Source: Candidatus Pelearchaeum maunauluense
Lineage (GTDB): Archaea > Thermoproteota > Nitrososphaeria_A > Caldarchaeales > Caldarchaeaceae
NCBI GenBank assembly: GCA_030059675.1
Contig: JANVYQ010000003.1
Coordinates: 35,547 to 99,546, forward strand
Reading direction: 5' to 3'
Length of the DNA: 64,000 nucleotides
Shown in pieces: positions 51,356-61,004 of the stretch (within the stretch, counting starts at the first letter, position 1; each line of letters begins with the position of its first letter). The notes under the pieces are model-generated. The model did no database searches. It was not told the DNA's origin and saw only the letters and a program-made list of their open reading frames with translations. The position numbers and the translations under genes were made by a program.

Positions 51356-53401
51356 ATGTCTCCCAACAGACTAATAAACGAAAAAAGCCCATACCTACTG
51401 AAGCACGCCCATAACCCCGTTGATTGGTATCCCTGGGGAAGTGAGGCTTTTGAAAGAGCGCGTAGAGAGAATAAGCCTATCCTTCTTAGTATAGGATATT
51501 CTACCTGCCACTGGTGTAGTGTAATGGAAAAGGAATCGTTTGAAAATGAGGAGATAGCCGAGCTAATAAACAGGAACTTTATTCCGATAAAGGTGGATAG
51601 AGAAGAAAGGCCAGATATTGACGAGATTTACATGAGAGCGGTTCAGCTTATGACGGGAAGCGGTGGATGGCCTTTAACTGTTTTTCTTACGCCAGACCTC
51701 AAACCCTTTTTTGGAGGTACTTATTTTCCACCAAAGAGGCGGGGCGGTCTCCCAGGTTTTGATGAGATACTTAAAGCAGTAGCTGAAGCATGGAAGACGA
51801 AGCATGAAGAGATAATAAAATCAGCCAGCGACGTGACCATGTTTATCCGACAGTTGTATGACCACAAACAAACTACGCGGCAGCTCTCTCCTGAACCCGT
51901 GAATCAAGCTTATGATGCCCTAGTTTCTCTTTATGACAGTAATTATGGCGGGTTTGGGGGAGCTCCCAAGTTCCCCATGCCCACCTACCTATTCTTCCTC
52001 CATAGATTCTACTGGAGAAATAAGGATAAAGTTGCCCTGCGTATGGCGCAGCATACTCTAACCCGCATGGCTCGCGGGGGAATACACGATCAACTCGCAG
52101 GAGGTTTTCATAGATACTCAACCGATAGATATTGGATAGTTCCACATTTTGAGAAGATGCTTTATGATAATGCTCTTCTTGCTAGAGTTTATCTTGAATC
52201 ATATCAGCTCACTGGAGATAACTACATGCGTAGTGTGGCAGTAAAGACTTTAGAATGGATGTTGGGCGATATGAAGAGCAACGAGGGAGCTTTTTATTCT
52301 GCCGTTGATGCGGATAGCCCAGAAGGCGAAGGAATATACTATACGTGGAAACGTGAGGAGGTTCTAGAAATACTTGGGAAGGAAGTGGGTGAGATTATCT
52401 GTAAATATTATGGAATAACATATGAAGGGAACTTTGAAGAGAAACGGAATATACTAACCATTAGTAGAGAAATAGGCTCTTTAGCTACTGAGTATAAAAT
52501 GGATGTTAGTGAGATGATAGATGTAATCGAAGAAGCGTCTAGGAGGTTATTGGATGAGCGCAATAAGCGTCCGAAGCCCGCGGTGGATGATAAGATTCTT
52601 ACATCGTGGAATGGTTTAGCTATTTCAAGCTTTGTATACGGCTATAGAGTAATAGGGGCGGTAGAGTATTTAGAATCCGCCAAAAAGGCAGCAGATTTCA
52701 TCTTGTCAAAACTTTACGAATCAGATGGTCTGCTCCATAGATATAGAGGTGGTGAAGCATTAATAAACGCCAAGCTTGACGACTATGCATATCTAGTTGC
52801 TGCCCTTCTCGACATATATGAGTCATGTTTTGAAGAGCGGTGGATAGATTGGGCTATACAATTAAATCAAGAAATGATAGAACGATTATGGGATAAAGAA
52901 AATGGGGGATTTTACTTTAATCAAGAAGAGGTAGCTGGAATATCACGTATTAAAGATGGTTATGATGACGTAGTTCCATCAGGCAACTCCATAGCGGTAT
53001 ACAATCTATTAAGACTCGCGGAGCTAACTGGAGAAACCTCTTTAGAGGAAATGGCTGAGAAGACCATTAAGGCTTTCTGGGATAGTATAGAACAGGAACC
53101 AATAAACTACACTTATATGCTAACGGCTCTCGACTATCTATTTAATGAACGACGCGAAATCGTTCTAGTTGGCCCGATGAATGAGCTCACGCCCTTTATC
53201 AGGGAGGCGCATAAACGCTATTTGCCCAACAGCGTTATAGCTGCTTATGATGATAAGGAAAGCGCTGATTTAACGCGGAAGCTTGCTCTCCTCCAAGGAA
53301 AGACATCTAGGGGAAAGCTGGCCGCTTACGTGTGTAAAAACTTCACATGCCATAACCCTGTAGATACTGTGGATGAATTTCTAAAACTACTGGATGAATA
53401 A
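51356..53401 (+). CDS. Thioredoxin-domain protein of the YyaL/SSP411 family (COG1331; thioredoxin-like N-terminus plus alpha/alpha-toroid domain)
   Basis: [42 protein letters not shown]...[12 protein letters not shown]; 681 aa. Confidence 0.8.
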   Translation: MSPNRLINEKSPYLLKHAHNPVDWYPWGSEAFERARRENKPILLSIGYSTCHWCSVMEKESFENEEIAELINRNFIPIKVDREERPDIDEIYMRAVQLMTGSGGWPLTVFLTPDLKPFFGGTYFPPKRRGGLPGFDEILKAVAEAWKTKHEEIIKSASDVTMFIRQLYDHKQTTRQLSPEPVNQAYDALVSLYDSNYGGFGGAPKFPMPTYLFFLHRFYWRNKDKVALRMAQHTLTRMARGGIHDQLAGGFHRYSTDRYWIVPHFEKMLYDNALLARVYLESYQLTGDNYMRSVAVKTLEWMLGDMKSNEGAFYSAVDADSPEGEGIYYTWKREEVLEILGKEVGEIICKYYGITYEGNFEEKRNILTISREIGSLATEYKMDVSEMIDVIEEASRRLLDERNKRPKPAVDDKILTSWNGLAISSFVYGYRVIGAVEYLESAKKAADFILSKLYESDGLLHRYRGGEALINAKLDDYAYLVAALLDIYESCFEERWIDWAIQLNQEMIERLWDKENGGFYFNQEEVAGISRIKDGYDDVVPSGNSIAVYNLLRLAELTGETSLEEMAEKTIKAFWDSIEQEPINYTYMLTALDYLFNERREIVLVGPMNELTPFIREAHKRYLPNSVIAAYDDKESADLTRKLALLQGKTSRGKLAAYVCKNFTCHNPVDTVDEFLKLLDE

Positions 53402-53418
53402 CACAAATAGTAGCTTGC

Positions 53419-54597
53419 TTGGCGGCCTATCTGGTAAATTTGAAAAAAGCCCGCGAAGGCTTCATAGTGCTGCCAATATGCTGGCTCTCTTGGATGTGGA
53501 ATCATGGTACTCGCGTTGCTGTCCCAGTATTGGCACCGTATCTCACCGAGAAATATTCACTTACAGTGTTTGAGGCCGCGGTTCTATCTGGAATAACCTA
53601 CCTAAGTTTTTACGGCTTCATGATAGTATCTGGACAGGCGGTAGTGCGTATAGGTTATAAGCGGTCTGTCGCATTAAGTACTCTTGGAGCTGCTTTTCTC
53701 TTCGCATTCGCTGGCTATGCTCCTACTACACTAATGCTCTTCCTTCTACTCTTCTTAACAGGGTTCAGCCTCTCACTATACCTGCCAGCAGCTATTCCGT
53801 GGTTGTCAGGATTATTCAATAGTAGTAAACGTGGTCTTGTGGTGGGTGTTCATGAATCCGCCGCTCCCACAGGCCAGACCCTAGGGCCTGTCTTTGTGGC
53901 TGTGGCAGCTGCTATGCTAGCTTTAGAGCAGGTATTCGTAGCTTGGGCTGTAATAGCAGCCCTGGCAGGCGTCTTAATCATACTCCTGGCAAAACCAACA
54001 CCCTCTATGACCGTCCAGGCAGCGCGCGATGCGCAGCTTATGAGCATAAAGCGGTTAGGCATTATAATAATAGTAACCCTGGGCGTGCTTATCGGAAACC
54101 TGGGCGTTCTCCCAATTATCCCACTCTACCTAGTTAATGTCTTCGGGCTTGAGAGAGGTTTTGTCGCCACTCTAGTTGGTTTAAGTCGTCTACTTGGGCT
54201 CATAGGCCAGCCAGTAGGAGGATACCTATCAGATAGATTCGGCAGACTAACTCTCATAACAATACTCACGATACTAACTTTCCTCTCAACGGCATACATA
54301 GCATATGCACCATTTAACATTCTATACATAATCTTCCTAGTGATACAAGCCACGGCCACAGCAATGTACTTCCCCGTAGTATACGCACTAATATCCGAGG
54401 AAGCAAGAGCCTATGCAAGCATACAGATAGGACGTTTGCTCTTTGTCAGTGGTCTTTTGGGACCGACCCTAACAGCTTTCGTAATGGGCTACATGGCTGA
54501 AACATTCAGCTATACAATCGCATTCACATACCCGCTAATATTCACCCTACTAAGCGTTGCAGCGGTACCATGGCTGAGGAAATCTCCAAATAAATAA
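53419..54597 (+). CDS. MFS-type transporter
   Basis: 12 predicted TM helices, 392 aa. Confidence 0.65.
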   Translation: MAAYLVNLKKAREGFIVLPICWLSWMWNHGTRVAVPVLAPYLTEKYSLTVFEAAVLSGITYLSFYGFMIVSGQAVVRIGYKRSVALSTLGAAFLFAFAGYAPTTLMLFLLLFLTGFSLSLYLPAAIPWLSGLFNSSKRGLVVGVHESAAPTGQTLGPVFVAVAAAMLALEQVFVAWAVIAALAGVLIILLAKPTPSMTVQAARDAQLMSIKRLGIIIIVTLGVLIGNLGVLPIIPLYLVNVFGLERGFVATLVGLSRLLGLIGQPVGGYLSDRFGRLTLITILTILTFLSTAYIAYAPFNILYIIFLVIQATATAMYFPVVYALISEEARAYASIQIGRLLFVSGLLGPTLTAFVMGYMAETFSYTIAFTYPLIFTLLSVAAVPWLRKSPNK

Positions 54598-54675
54598 GCC
54601 AAAAAATGTTTATTCGGTCAATAGATTTATCCTAGCAGATATAACAATACAATAAGGGACGCAGGTGAAATCTCT

Positions 54676-55932
54676 TTGCTGAGCTTTGCCTCACTCAAAG
54701 TATGGGAAAAACCAGAGATAAAACGCAACCTCTGGTGGTATTATGAAGTAGCTAACAATCGAAAACCCGCAAAATACCTCATATGCAGGCGCATACCAGT
54801 TGAGATAAGTCCAGCAAAAGCCGACGAAAACACATTATGGGATGTGCATGAAAAACTATCAAAGGAATTCCAAGATTTATTCAATAATATAGTCGAGGGA
54901 AAGCTATCCCTTAAAGAGCTCCCTACAGCAAAACCAAATTTTCTCGACATAAAAGTAGAACTCACCAAAAGAATGTTGAAGCACTGCAATTTCTGTCGGT
55001 GGAACTGCAGAGTTGATAGAACGCTAGGTACAAAACATGGTACCTGCCAGTTGGAGAGTGAAAGCAGGGTATCAAGCTACTTCCACCACAGGGGCGAGGA
55101 ACTACCAATAAGGGGAACAGGTGGAAGTGGAACTATTTTCTTTACGTCATGTAATATGCGCTGCGCGTTCTGCCAGAATGGTGATATTTCGCATGATAAG
55201 TATAATGGGGTAATATTCACTCCGTATATGGTCGCGCTTGCTATGTGGCAGCTTAGATTGGAAGGCTGTCATAACATAAACCTAGTAGGTGGTGAGCCCA
55301 CGATACACCTGCATACGATAGTTGAGGCTATAAGCTTGCTAAAGTTCTTTAATGATAGAAAAACCCTCCCGCAGATAATTGTAGCTAAGGCGGACGGCTT
55401 TCTACCGTATAGGATGAATAAAGGCAACGCCCTATATGATGGTGAGTTTAACACACCAATATTATGGAACTCCAACATGTTCATGAGCCGTGAAACGCTC
55501 ACCATACTTCGTGAGATAGTTGATATCTGGCTACCGGATTTCAAATTTGGAAATAATAAATGCGCAGTACGACTTTCTAGGACTCCGTGGTACTTTGAGA
55601 CCGTATCTAATAATCATAAAACAATTTACGAGTGGGGGGAGAATATAGTGATAAGGCATCTAGTGATGCCTAACCATGTAGAGTGCTGCACTAAGCCCGT
55701 TCTTAGATGGATAGCAGAGAACATGCCAGGGGTTCTCGTCAATGTGATGGACCAGTATCACCCTGACTGTGCATGCAACCCAAACGACCCAAATTATGAC
55801 CCGCGGTATAGTGATATGGCCAGATACCCAACGCGGGATGAGGTGTTGGAGGCGTATAGGTATGCTCGGGAGTTGGGAATTCCGTTTGAAGAGATAACTT
55901 TTGAGAGGTCGGTGTATGGATATAATGTTTAG
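54676..55932 (+). CDS. Radical SAM protein of the PflX/pyruvate-formate-lyase-activase-like family with about 100-aa N-terminal extension
   Basis: GTIFFTSCNMRCAFCQNGDIS (CxxxCxxC), 418 aa. Confidence 0.55.
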   Translation: MLSFASLKVWEKPEIKRNLWWYYEVANNRKPAKYLICRRIPVEISPAKADENTLWDVHEKLSKEFQDLFNNIVEGKLSLKELPTAKPNFLDIKVELTKRMLKHCNFCRWNCRVDRTLGTKHGTCQLESESRVSSYFHHRGEELPIRGTGGSGTIFFTSCNMRCAFCQNGDISHDKYNGVIFTPYMVALAMWQLRLEGCHNINLVGGEPTIHLHTIVEAISLLKFFNDRKTLPQIIVAKADGFLPYRMNKGNALYDGEFNTPILWNSNMFMSRETLTILREIVDIWLPDFKFGNNKCAVRLSRTPWYFETVSNNHKTIYEWGENIVIRHLVMPNHVECCTKPVLRWIAENMPGVLVNVMDQYHPDCACNPNDPNYDPRYSDMARYPTRDEVLEAYRYARELGIPFEEITFERSVYGYNV

Positions 55933-57257
55933 GGATGTAGTCGGAATCTGTCGCGTGGGAATAATATGGTCTCGCGTATGTTTGTTCTTCTGGTTATGAC
56001 CATCATCAGCCGCTCAAACCCAAGCCCCCAGCCGGCATGTATTGGCATGCCATAGTCATAAACCTCCAGATGGTACTTAAATGACTCTGGATTAAGTCCC
56101 TGCTCTTCCAGCCGCCTCATGAGCAGCTCCTTCTCCCAAATCCTAGTACCACCAGAAGCCAGCTCAAGCCACTGATACATCAGGTCAAAAGACTCGCTTA
56201 TCTCAGGCTTATCGCTCCGCGGCTGTATGTAAAATGGCTTTATCCGCGTGGGAAAGTCGGTTATAAAGTAATAGCTAGTGTGCTTCTTTGCAAGCGCTCT
56301 TAGGTGAGGTGTTCCAAAATCCTCGCCCCACTCTAGAGGCTGGCCCAAACCGTTGAGCTCGTCAAGGAGCTGCTCATAGGTATATCGTGGAAACGGTAGG
56401 GATGGAATCTTAAGACGCACATCGAGGGATTTAAGCTCCTCAGAATTATTCCGCTCTATCCACCTATATACATAAACTATGAGCTCTTCAAGAAAACGCA
56501 TAACATCATCCATATCAGCAAATGCAATCTCTATATCGACTGAAGTAAATTCGCTTATATGTCTGCGCGTATGTGATTCTTCTGCCCTGAAGAATGGCCC
56601 CATCTCAAATACGCGCTCAAAGACCGTGGTGAGCTCTTCTTTATAGAGCTGGGGGCTTTGCGCCAGGTATGCTGTTCTATCAAAATACCTGACCTCGAAG
56701 AGGGCTGCTCCTCCTTCTGTGGCAGTCCCTATTATCCGCGATGTTCTAACCTCGGTGAATCCATGCTCATGGAAGAAGTCGCGTATAGCCTTGTTTACGC
56801 TACTGGCAAGAGTGAATACCGCCCTATTCTCGGGTTTTCGTAGGTCTAAAATCCTATGCCGCAGTCGCGTCTCCATACCTGCGGAGACTTTTCCCGTTAC
56901 GTCGTAGGGTATTTGCTTGGCCGCCCTGCTCAGTATAGCGAGTCTGCTCGCTTTAACCTCTACACCCAACCTAGCCTTTGGCTCCGCTGAGACTCTACCA
57001 TTAACATAAAGCACAGACTCCAGCCCTATCTCTTCAAGCACCCGCTTCGTATTTTCGTCAACCTCAGATTTGCGGATGGCTACTTGGCATATACCCGAAG
57101 AGTCCCGCAAAAGTATGAAGACGAGCTTTCCTAGGTCTCTTATCTCATGAACCCAGCCCAAAAGATGGACTTCCTTACCATCGTTCTCTGGCCTTACATT
57201 CCGCGCCATAGTGCGCTGTGAGATTATCTTCTTTAGGTCTGGTCTACCCAAGCCCAA
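55929..57257 (-). CDS. aspS: Aspartyl-tRNA synthetase (archaeal type; may be non-discriminating)
   Basis: OB-fold N-terminus; class II motifs FERVFEMGPFFRAEESHTRRHISEFTSVDIE, GGTRIWE; 442 aa. Confidence 0.85.
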   Translation of the reverse strand: MGLGRPDLKKIISQRTMARNVRPENDGKEVHLLGWVHEIRDLGKLVFILLRDSSGICQVAIRKSEVDENTKRVLEEIGLESVLYVNGRVSAEPKARLGVEVKASRLAILSRAAKQIPYDVTGKVSAGMETRLRHRILDLRKPENRAVFTLASSVNKAIRDFFHEHGFTEVRTSRIIGTATEGGAALFEVRYFDRTAYLAQSPQLYKEELTTVFERVFEMGPFFRAEESHTRRHISEFTSVDIEIAFADMDDVMRFLEELIVYVYRWIERNNSEELKSLDVRLKIPSLPFPRYTYEQLLDELNGLGQPLEWGEDFGTPHLRALAKKHTSYYFITDFPTRIKPFYIQPRSDKPEISESFDLMYQWLELASGGTRIWEKELLMRRLEEQGLNPESFKYHLEVYDYGMPIHAGWGLGFERLMMVITRRTNIRETILFPRDRFRLHP

Positions 57258-57281
57258 CGGGTTAAGTTGAATAGAAGTCAG

Positions 57282-57830
57282 CTAATGAGTCTTACTCCTC
57301 CTATAGCCTCTTGACCGCCGTTCAAAATCTATCCTCAGATTTATGCCCTTAACCTGCTTAGCCACAACGGCAGCGGCCTCGGGACTTATCTTGAGATTCC
57401 GCTCCTCATCAAGTATTATGCGCGTCTCCTCCGTTTGGTCAGGTAGCCATATCTTATTTACCGCCATAATCCTAGCAGGTGCTACCAAAAGTTGGAGAAA
57501 CTTATTACTATCTTTAGAATCCTCAAGAAGCTTAACCTGGAGCTTGGTTAAATCACTTATCCTTTTCCTTAGGTTGGATTGTTGAGGATATGGAATTTTT
57601 GAAAGGTCGCCTTCTTTAAAAATAATGAAGAGCAGTGTGTTGTATTCTACGCTTTTTTTGTATGTTATTCCAGCCAGCTGTGGTATCTGCTTCTCCATGT
57701 CCATTAACAACCGCATTACCTTTAGGTCTGCCTCTGTTATCTCGCCGCGGCGTATTTTATCTTCACACTTCGGGCAGAATATACCTGACCTTAGGTCGAA
57801 TGAGCAGACTGGGAACTCCACGCCGTGCAC
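57282..57830 (-). CDS. RNA-binding protein with N-terminal C4 zinc ribbon and KH-like domain(s) (NusA-like)
   Basis: CSFDLRSGIFCPKC; KH-like segment VAPARIMAVNKIWLPDQ...GINLRI. Confidence 0.35.
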   Translation of the reverse strand: MHGVEFPVCSFDLRSGIFCPKCEDKIRRGEITEADLKVMRLLMDMEKQIPQLAGITYKKSVEYNTLLFIIFKEGDLSKIPYPQQSNLRKRISDLTKLQVKLLEDSKDSNKFLQLLVAPARIMAVNKIWLPDQTEETRIILDEERNLKISPEAAAVVAKQVKGINLRIDFERRSRGYRRSKTH

Positions 57831-57864
57831 CCTTCAAGGCTCCCCAGGCCCCCGTCAGCTAAGG

Positions 57865-58146
57865 TCAGCGCGAAACAGTAATCTCTATTGTACTAACGTT
57901 CAGCGTCTGCCCTGTCTGGCTCTGAACCTGCTCTGTACCTATCTTTATGTCCTTCACCTTAAGGTCTTTGAAGAACCTGTTTTGCAGTATCTGGACGACA
58001 TCTACGGCCCTGCTTATTGCCCTGCCTCTGGCCTTGATTACAACCTCGTTTGAGCCTGACTGGATTGTCGCCAGACAGGCTAGAACATAGTTCATTATCG
58101 GTTTCTTGCCCACCAACACTGTTGTAGCTAATTGCCGACTCTCCAT
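57865..58146 (-). CDS. albA: Chromatin protein Alba
   Basis: [43 protein letters not shown]. Confidence 0.9.
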   Translation of the reverse strand: MESRQLATTVLVGKKPIMNYVLACLATIQSGSNEVVIKARGRAISRAVDVVQILQNRFFKDLKVKDIKIGTEQVQSQTGQTLNVSTIEITVSR

Positions 58147-58277
58147 ACACCATCACCGTCTTACCAATAGGGGCGCAACCCACTTATTAAACTCCTGAAT
58201 AAATAGGTTACGTACAGCCGGGGGAGTAACACCTTTAACCGAGAACTTCACGCAGTAGGCAAGAGGTGCTTGGAAAT

Positions 58278-58439
58278 TGCCGAGAAGGGATGCCGCCCTC
58301 CTCCAAATAGCGCAGAGAAGAAGGTTGTTGGTCAAGATTTGCAGAGAATGCGGCGCTAGAAACGCTCCTACGGCCGAGAAATGCAGAAAATGCAAGAGCT
58401 ACAACCTTAGATGGAAGAGGCGCGAGATTAAGCGCTGAC
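58278..58439 (+). CDS. rpl40e: 50S ribosomal protein L40e (53 aa, TTG start); absent from the ORF track
   Basis: Manual translation gives MPRRDAALLQIAQRRRLLVKICRECGARNAPTAEKCRKCKSYNLRWKRREIKR, matching the archaeal L40e consensus (MPLTD..[29 protein letters not shown]...NLR.KKK). Confidence 0.75.
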
Positions 58440-58457
58440 GGCCAAAAACCGCAGGAC

Positions 58458-58470
58458 ATTATTTATTAGA
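58458..58470 (+). promoter_or_regulatory. TATA box (TTATTTATTA) about 25 nt upstream of tRNA-Val
   Basis: Sequence and spacing. Confidence 0.4.
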
Positions 58471-58492
58471 CTAGCAAGAATGAAGAGAAGAT

Positions 58493-58585
58493 GGGGCCGT
58501 GGTCTAGTGGCTATGACGCCGCCCTTACACGGCGGAGAGCGGCAAACATGCCCGCAAGCCGTGGGTTCGAATCCCACCGGCCCCA
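58493..58585 (+). tRNA. tRNA-Val (anticodon TAC) with an approximately 20-nt intron at a non-canonical site in the variable-loop region (about 58538..58557)
   Basis: Acceptor GGGGCCG/CGGCCCC, U8, D-arm GTCT-AGTGGCTA-TGAC, anticodon arm CCGCC-CTTACAC-GGCGG, T-arm GTGGGTTCGAATCCCAC. 25 nt lie between position 43 and the T-stem where 5 are expected. Confidence 0.7.
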
Positions 58586-58589
58586 CCTT

Positions 58590-59426
58590 CTAGTCTTTTT
58601 TGTATGCTCTGATGACCAGCGGAAGAGCTGTCATGAGATATGCGAGCTGTATTGCTAGTCTCCCTATCTCGGCTTTTACCGTATAGCCGAATAATACCGC
58701 AAATATCGAGCCTATGACGTTTTTGTCGTGTAGTAGGCTGTCTGTTGGTATAGGTAGCGCGTATGCCGTTTGTGCGAACCAGCCGAGTGAGATTCCGCTA
58801 TCCTCGGCAAATTCTATAAGCTCATGCGTCCCGTAGCCAGCTAGACCACCGGCCAAAAGTACCAATAATATGCTGGTTATGTAAAAGAACCGTCTTATGT
58901 TTAGACGCATTCCTATGAAGAATAGAGCATATGCTAACGCGACTGCTACAGCTGCTCCTAAGAAAGAACCTATTGATGATGATAGTGGGTTTCGGACTAG
59001 GAATGGAATTATGAAGAGCACTGTTTCAAGACCTTCGCGGAATACTATTACGAATGAAAATGCTGTAAGTCCTATCACTGTTCCGCGCGTAGTAATCTGT
59101 TCCACCCTGCTCTCGATTTCTGTTTTTATTGATTTAGCCTTGGTGGCCATCCAGAGTATCATGGTTGAGAGCACGACAACTGCCAGCCATGCGGCTACTC
59201 CTTCAAACAGTGCCTTTGTAGCACCACTAAGAGCGCCATATAGCATCCAGCTTAGCGAGCCCAACAATATGCTTGCGAATAGAGCAGTATAGACGCCGTA
59301 CTTAACGTATTTCGTGAGTATTTTCCTGCCTGTTTTTGAGAGATACGCGAGAATTATTGAGACGATGAGCGCAGCTTCAAAACCTTCACGCAGTGTTATG
59401 AGCGCTTCTGCGAATACCATTCTCAT
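58590..59426 (-). CDS. FTR1/OFeT-family high-affinity iron permease
   Basis: Two REGxE motifs (REGFEA, REGLET), 7 TM, 278 aa. Confidence 0.8.
   Translation of the reverse strand: MRMVFAEALITLREGFEAALIVSIILAYLSKTGRKILTKYVKYGVYTALFASILLGSLSWMLYGALSGATKALFEGVAAWLAVVVLSTMILWMATKAKSIKTEIESRVEQITTRGTVIGLTAFSFVIVFREGLETVLFIIPFLVRNPLSSSIGSFLGAAVAVALAYALFFIGMRLNIRRFFYITSILLVLLAGGLAGYGTHELIEFAEDSGISLGWFAQTAYALPIPTDSLLHDKNVIGSIFAVLFGYTVKAEIGRLAIQLAYLMTALPLVIRAYKKD
58595..58601 (+). terminator. Oligo-T tract after tRNA-Val (overlaps the last codons of the convergent FTR1 gene)
   Basis: TTTTTTT 10 nt past the tRNA 3' end. Confidence 0.3.
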
Positions 59427-59492
59427 CTACACCTTGTGAGCCAGTTTTTGCCGACCACGTCTATAACGGTGTTATAGTTCTATTTAACCTTC

Positions 59493-59520
59493 ACTTTGTG
59501 AAATAATTATTTCACAAAGT
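59493..59520. promoter_or_regulatory. Perfect 28-bp palindrome ACTTTGTGAAATAA|TTATTTCACAAAGT in the divergent FTR1/regulator intergenic region, flanked by further GTGAAA/TTTCAC half-sites and a CTATAAC-N3-GTTATAG inverted repeat (59461-59477)
   Basis: Direct reading of the sequence. Located between divergent starts at 59426 and 59596. Confidence 0.5.
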
Positions 59521-59595
59521 TACTCACAAGGTATTTAATTACCGTGAAATATAGGTAATCTTCACACCGTTAAATAGTTAATCGCGGTGTGAAAA

Positions 59596-60339
59596 TTGAT
59601 GATGAACCTGAGGGCGGAGAAGATAATTCCAGGAGTTAGGGCTGTGCTTGCCCGTCTTTTGGTTGAGAAGTATGGCTTGAAGAAGGTTGAGGTTGCTAGA
59701 GCTCTTGGCTTGAGTCCGCAGGCTGTTACTCAGTATCTTACGGGTGCGCGTGCTGGGGATGCGGCGGAGATGCTAAAGCACCAACAAGTATTGACGTTGA
59801 TAGAGGATTTGGCAGCCAAGATAGCGGCAAGAGGAGGCCAGCTTATGCAGGCCGAGATAATAGACCTGGCTTTCGAGATAGCTTCGATAATCCAGTCAAA
59901 GCCTGAGGAAGAAAAGGCAGAAGCTATTCCAACTGATGTTAGAGAGAAGTTGCTGAAGACCCTACGAGCAAGGCTTCAGGCCGAGCAGGAGGCTGCCGAG
60001 CTGTTTATGGGTGTTGCGGCGAAGATGCGTAATGATTTGAGCAGACTTCTATTTAGGCAGATAGCCAGCGACAGCATAAGACACGCAGACATAGTAATGG
60101 CCACAATATCAGCGATAGAGCGGGGTGAAAACACCCCAGTAGATTTCCCAGAAGAGAAAGAGCTTAAGAAATTGCTAGAGAATGAAGAAACGGCTCATGT
60201 CCATAGTCTTGAAGATGTTAGGCACCTAATACAGAACGATGTCATAGGGCTGCTCATAGATTCTATTGAGGCTGACGAGGAGAAGCACGCGAAGATACTG
60301 GCTAAACTGATTAGCATTAAACAGCAGAAAAAGCAGTAA
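59596..60339 (+). CDS. Putative regulator: N-terminal HTH plus C-terminal ferritin-like (ExxH-containing) helical domain
   Basis: KKVEVARALGLSPQAVTQYL HTH; C-terminal DSIRHADIV, ETAHVH, IEADEEKHAKIL motifs. Confidence 0.4.
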   Translation: MMMNLRAEKIIPGVRAVLARLLVEKYGLKKVEVARALGLSPQAVTQYLTGARAGDAAEMLKHQQVLTLIEDLAAKIAARGGQLMQAEIIDLAFEIASIIQSKPEEEKAEAIPTDVREKLLKTLRARLQAEQEAAELFMGVAAKMRNDLSRLLFRQIASDSIRHADIVMATISAIERGENTPVDFPEEKELKKLLENEETAHVHSLEDVRHLIQNDVIGLLIDSIEADEEKHAKILAKLISIKQQKKQ

Positions 60340-60343
60340 ATAT

Positions 60344-60574
60344 CTACTCTTCTGGGGTTTTTAGGCCGAGCTTCTGCCGTAGCCTAACTATCCTCTCCCT
60401 ATGCTCGCGTACGAGGGGCCCGATATCTTTGGGTGCCTCATAGCCATGCTTCTCGCGCATAGAAATCTTGAACAAAGCCCATCTGCGGGCCAGCTCGTCA
60501 AGCTCCTCTGAAGTTATCTCAGCCCGTAGAATCTCTTTAGCTATGCTATCAAACTCGTCCCTACCATCTTGCAT
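60344..60574 (-). CDS. Small hypothetical protein (76 aa)
   Basis: ORF only; charged and helical composition. Confidence 0.25.
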   Translation of the reverse strand: MQDGRDEFDSIAKEILRAEITSEELDELARRWALFKISMREKHGYEAPKDIGPLVREHRERIVRLRQKLGLKTPEE

Positions 60575-60643
60575 ACCCTGTACCTCTATGTCCAGACTCA
60601 GATTTAAATACGCGGTAAAAACAGATTCGCAAGGTGCCTAAAC

Positions 60644-61000
60644 ATGGCATCATATGACGCGCTTATAATCTACCTAGTTCTAGTAGTGATACTCCCTCTA
60701 CTATTCTGGGGTATGAACAAGCTTCTGGGCCCCCGTAGGCCCCAGAGAAAGAAGAGTATAGCCTTTGAGTGTGGGCAGGAGCCTATGCGATGGAGGCCAT
60801 CTCCCTTCCCATTTGAATATTTCCCATACGCCATAATCTATGTGGCTTACGCGGTTTTGGCTGTTGTTGCGTTTCTCACATCGGTAACGCTGATAGATAG
60901 ACCAGACGCGGCTCTTCGCGTGATATTGATACTCGCTATAATAAGCGCCTCGTCAATCTATTTGGCGCTAAACCTTAGAGACCTAGGGCAGAGGTTGTAG
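60644..61000 (+). CDS. nuoA: NADH-quinone oxidoreductase subunit A
   Basis: FECGQEPMRWRPSPFPFEYFPYAIIYV ... three TM helices. Confidence 0.7.
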   Translation: MASYDALIIYLVLVVILPLLFWGMNKLLGPRRPQRKKSIAFECGQEPMRWRPSPFPFEYFPYAIIYVAYAVLAVVAFLTSVTLIDRPDAALRVILILAIISASSIYLALNLRDLGQRL

Positions 61001-61004
61001 TGAT

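Noticed and set aside
58153-58459. Minus-strand ORFs 58153..58395 and 58235..58459
   Set aside because: Antisense to the clearly recognisable rpl40e gene.
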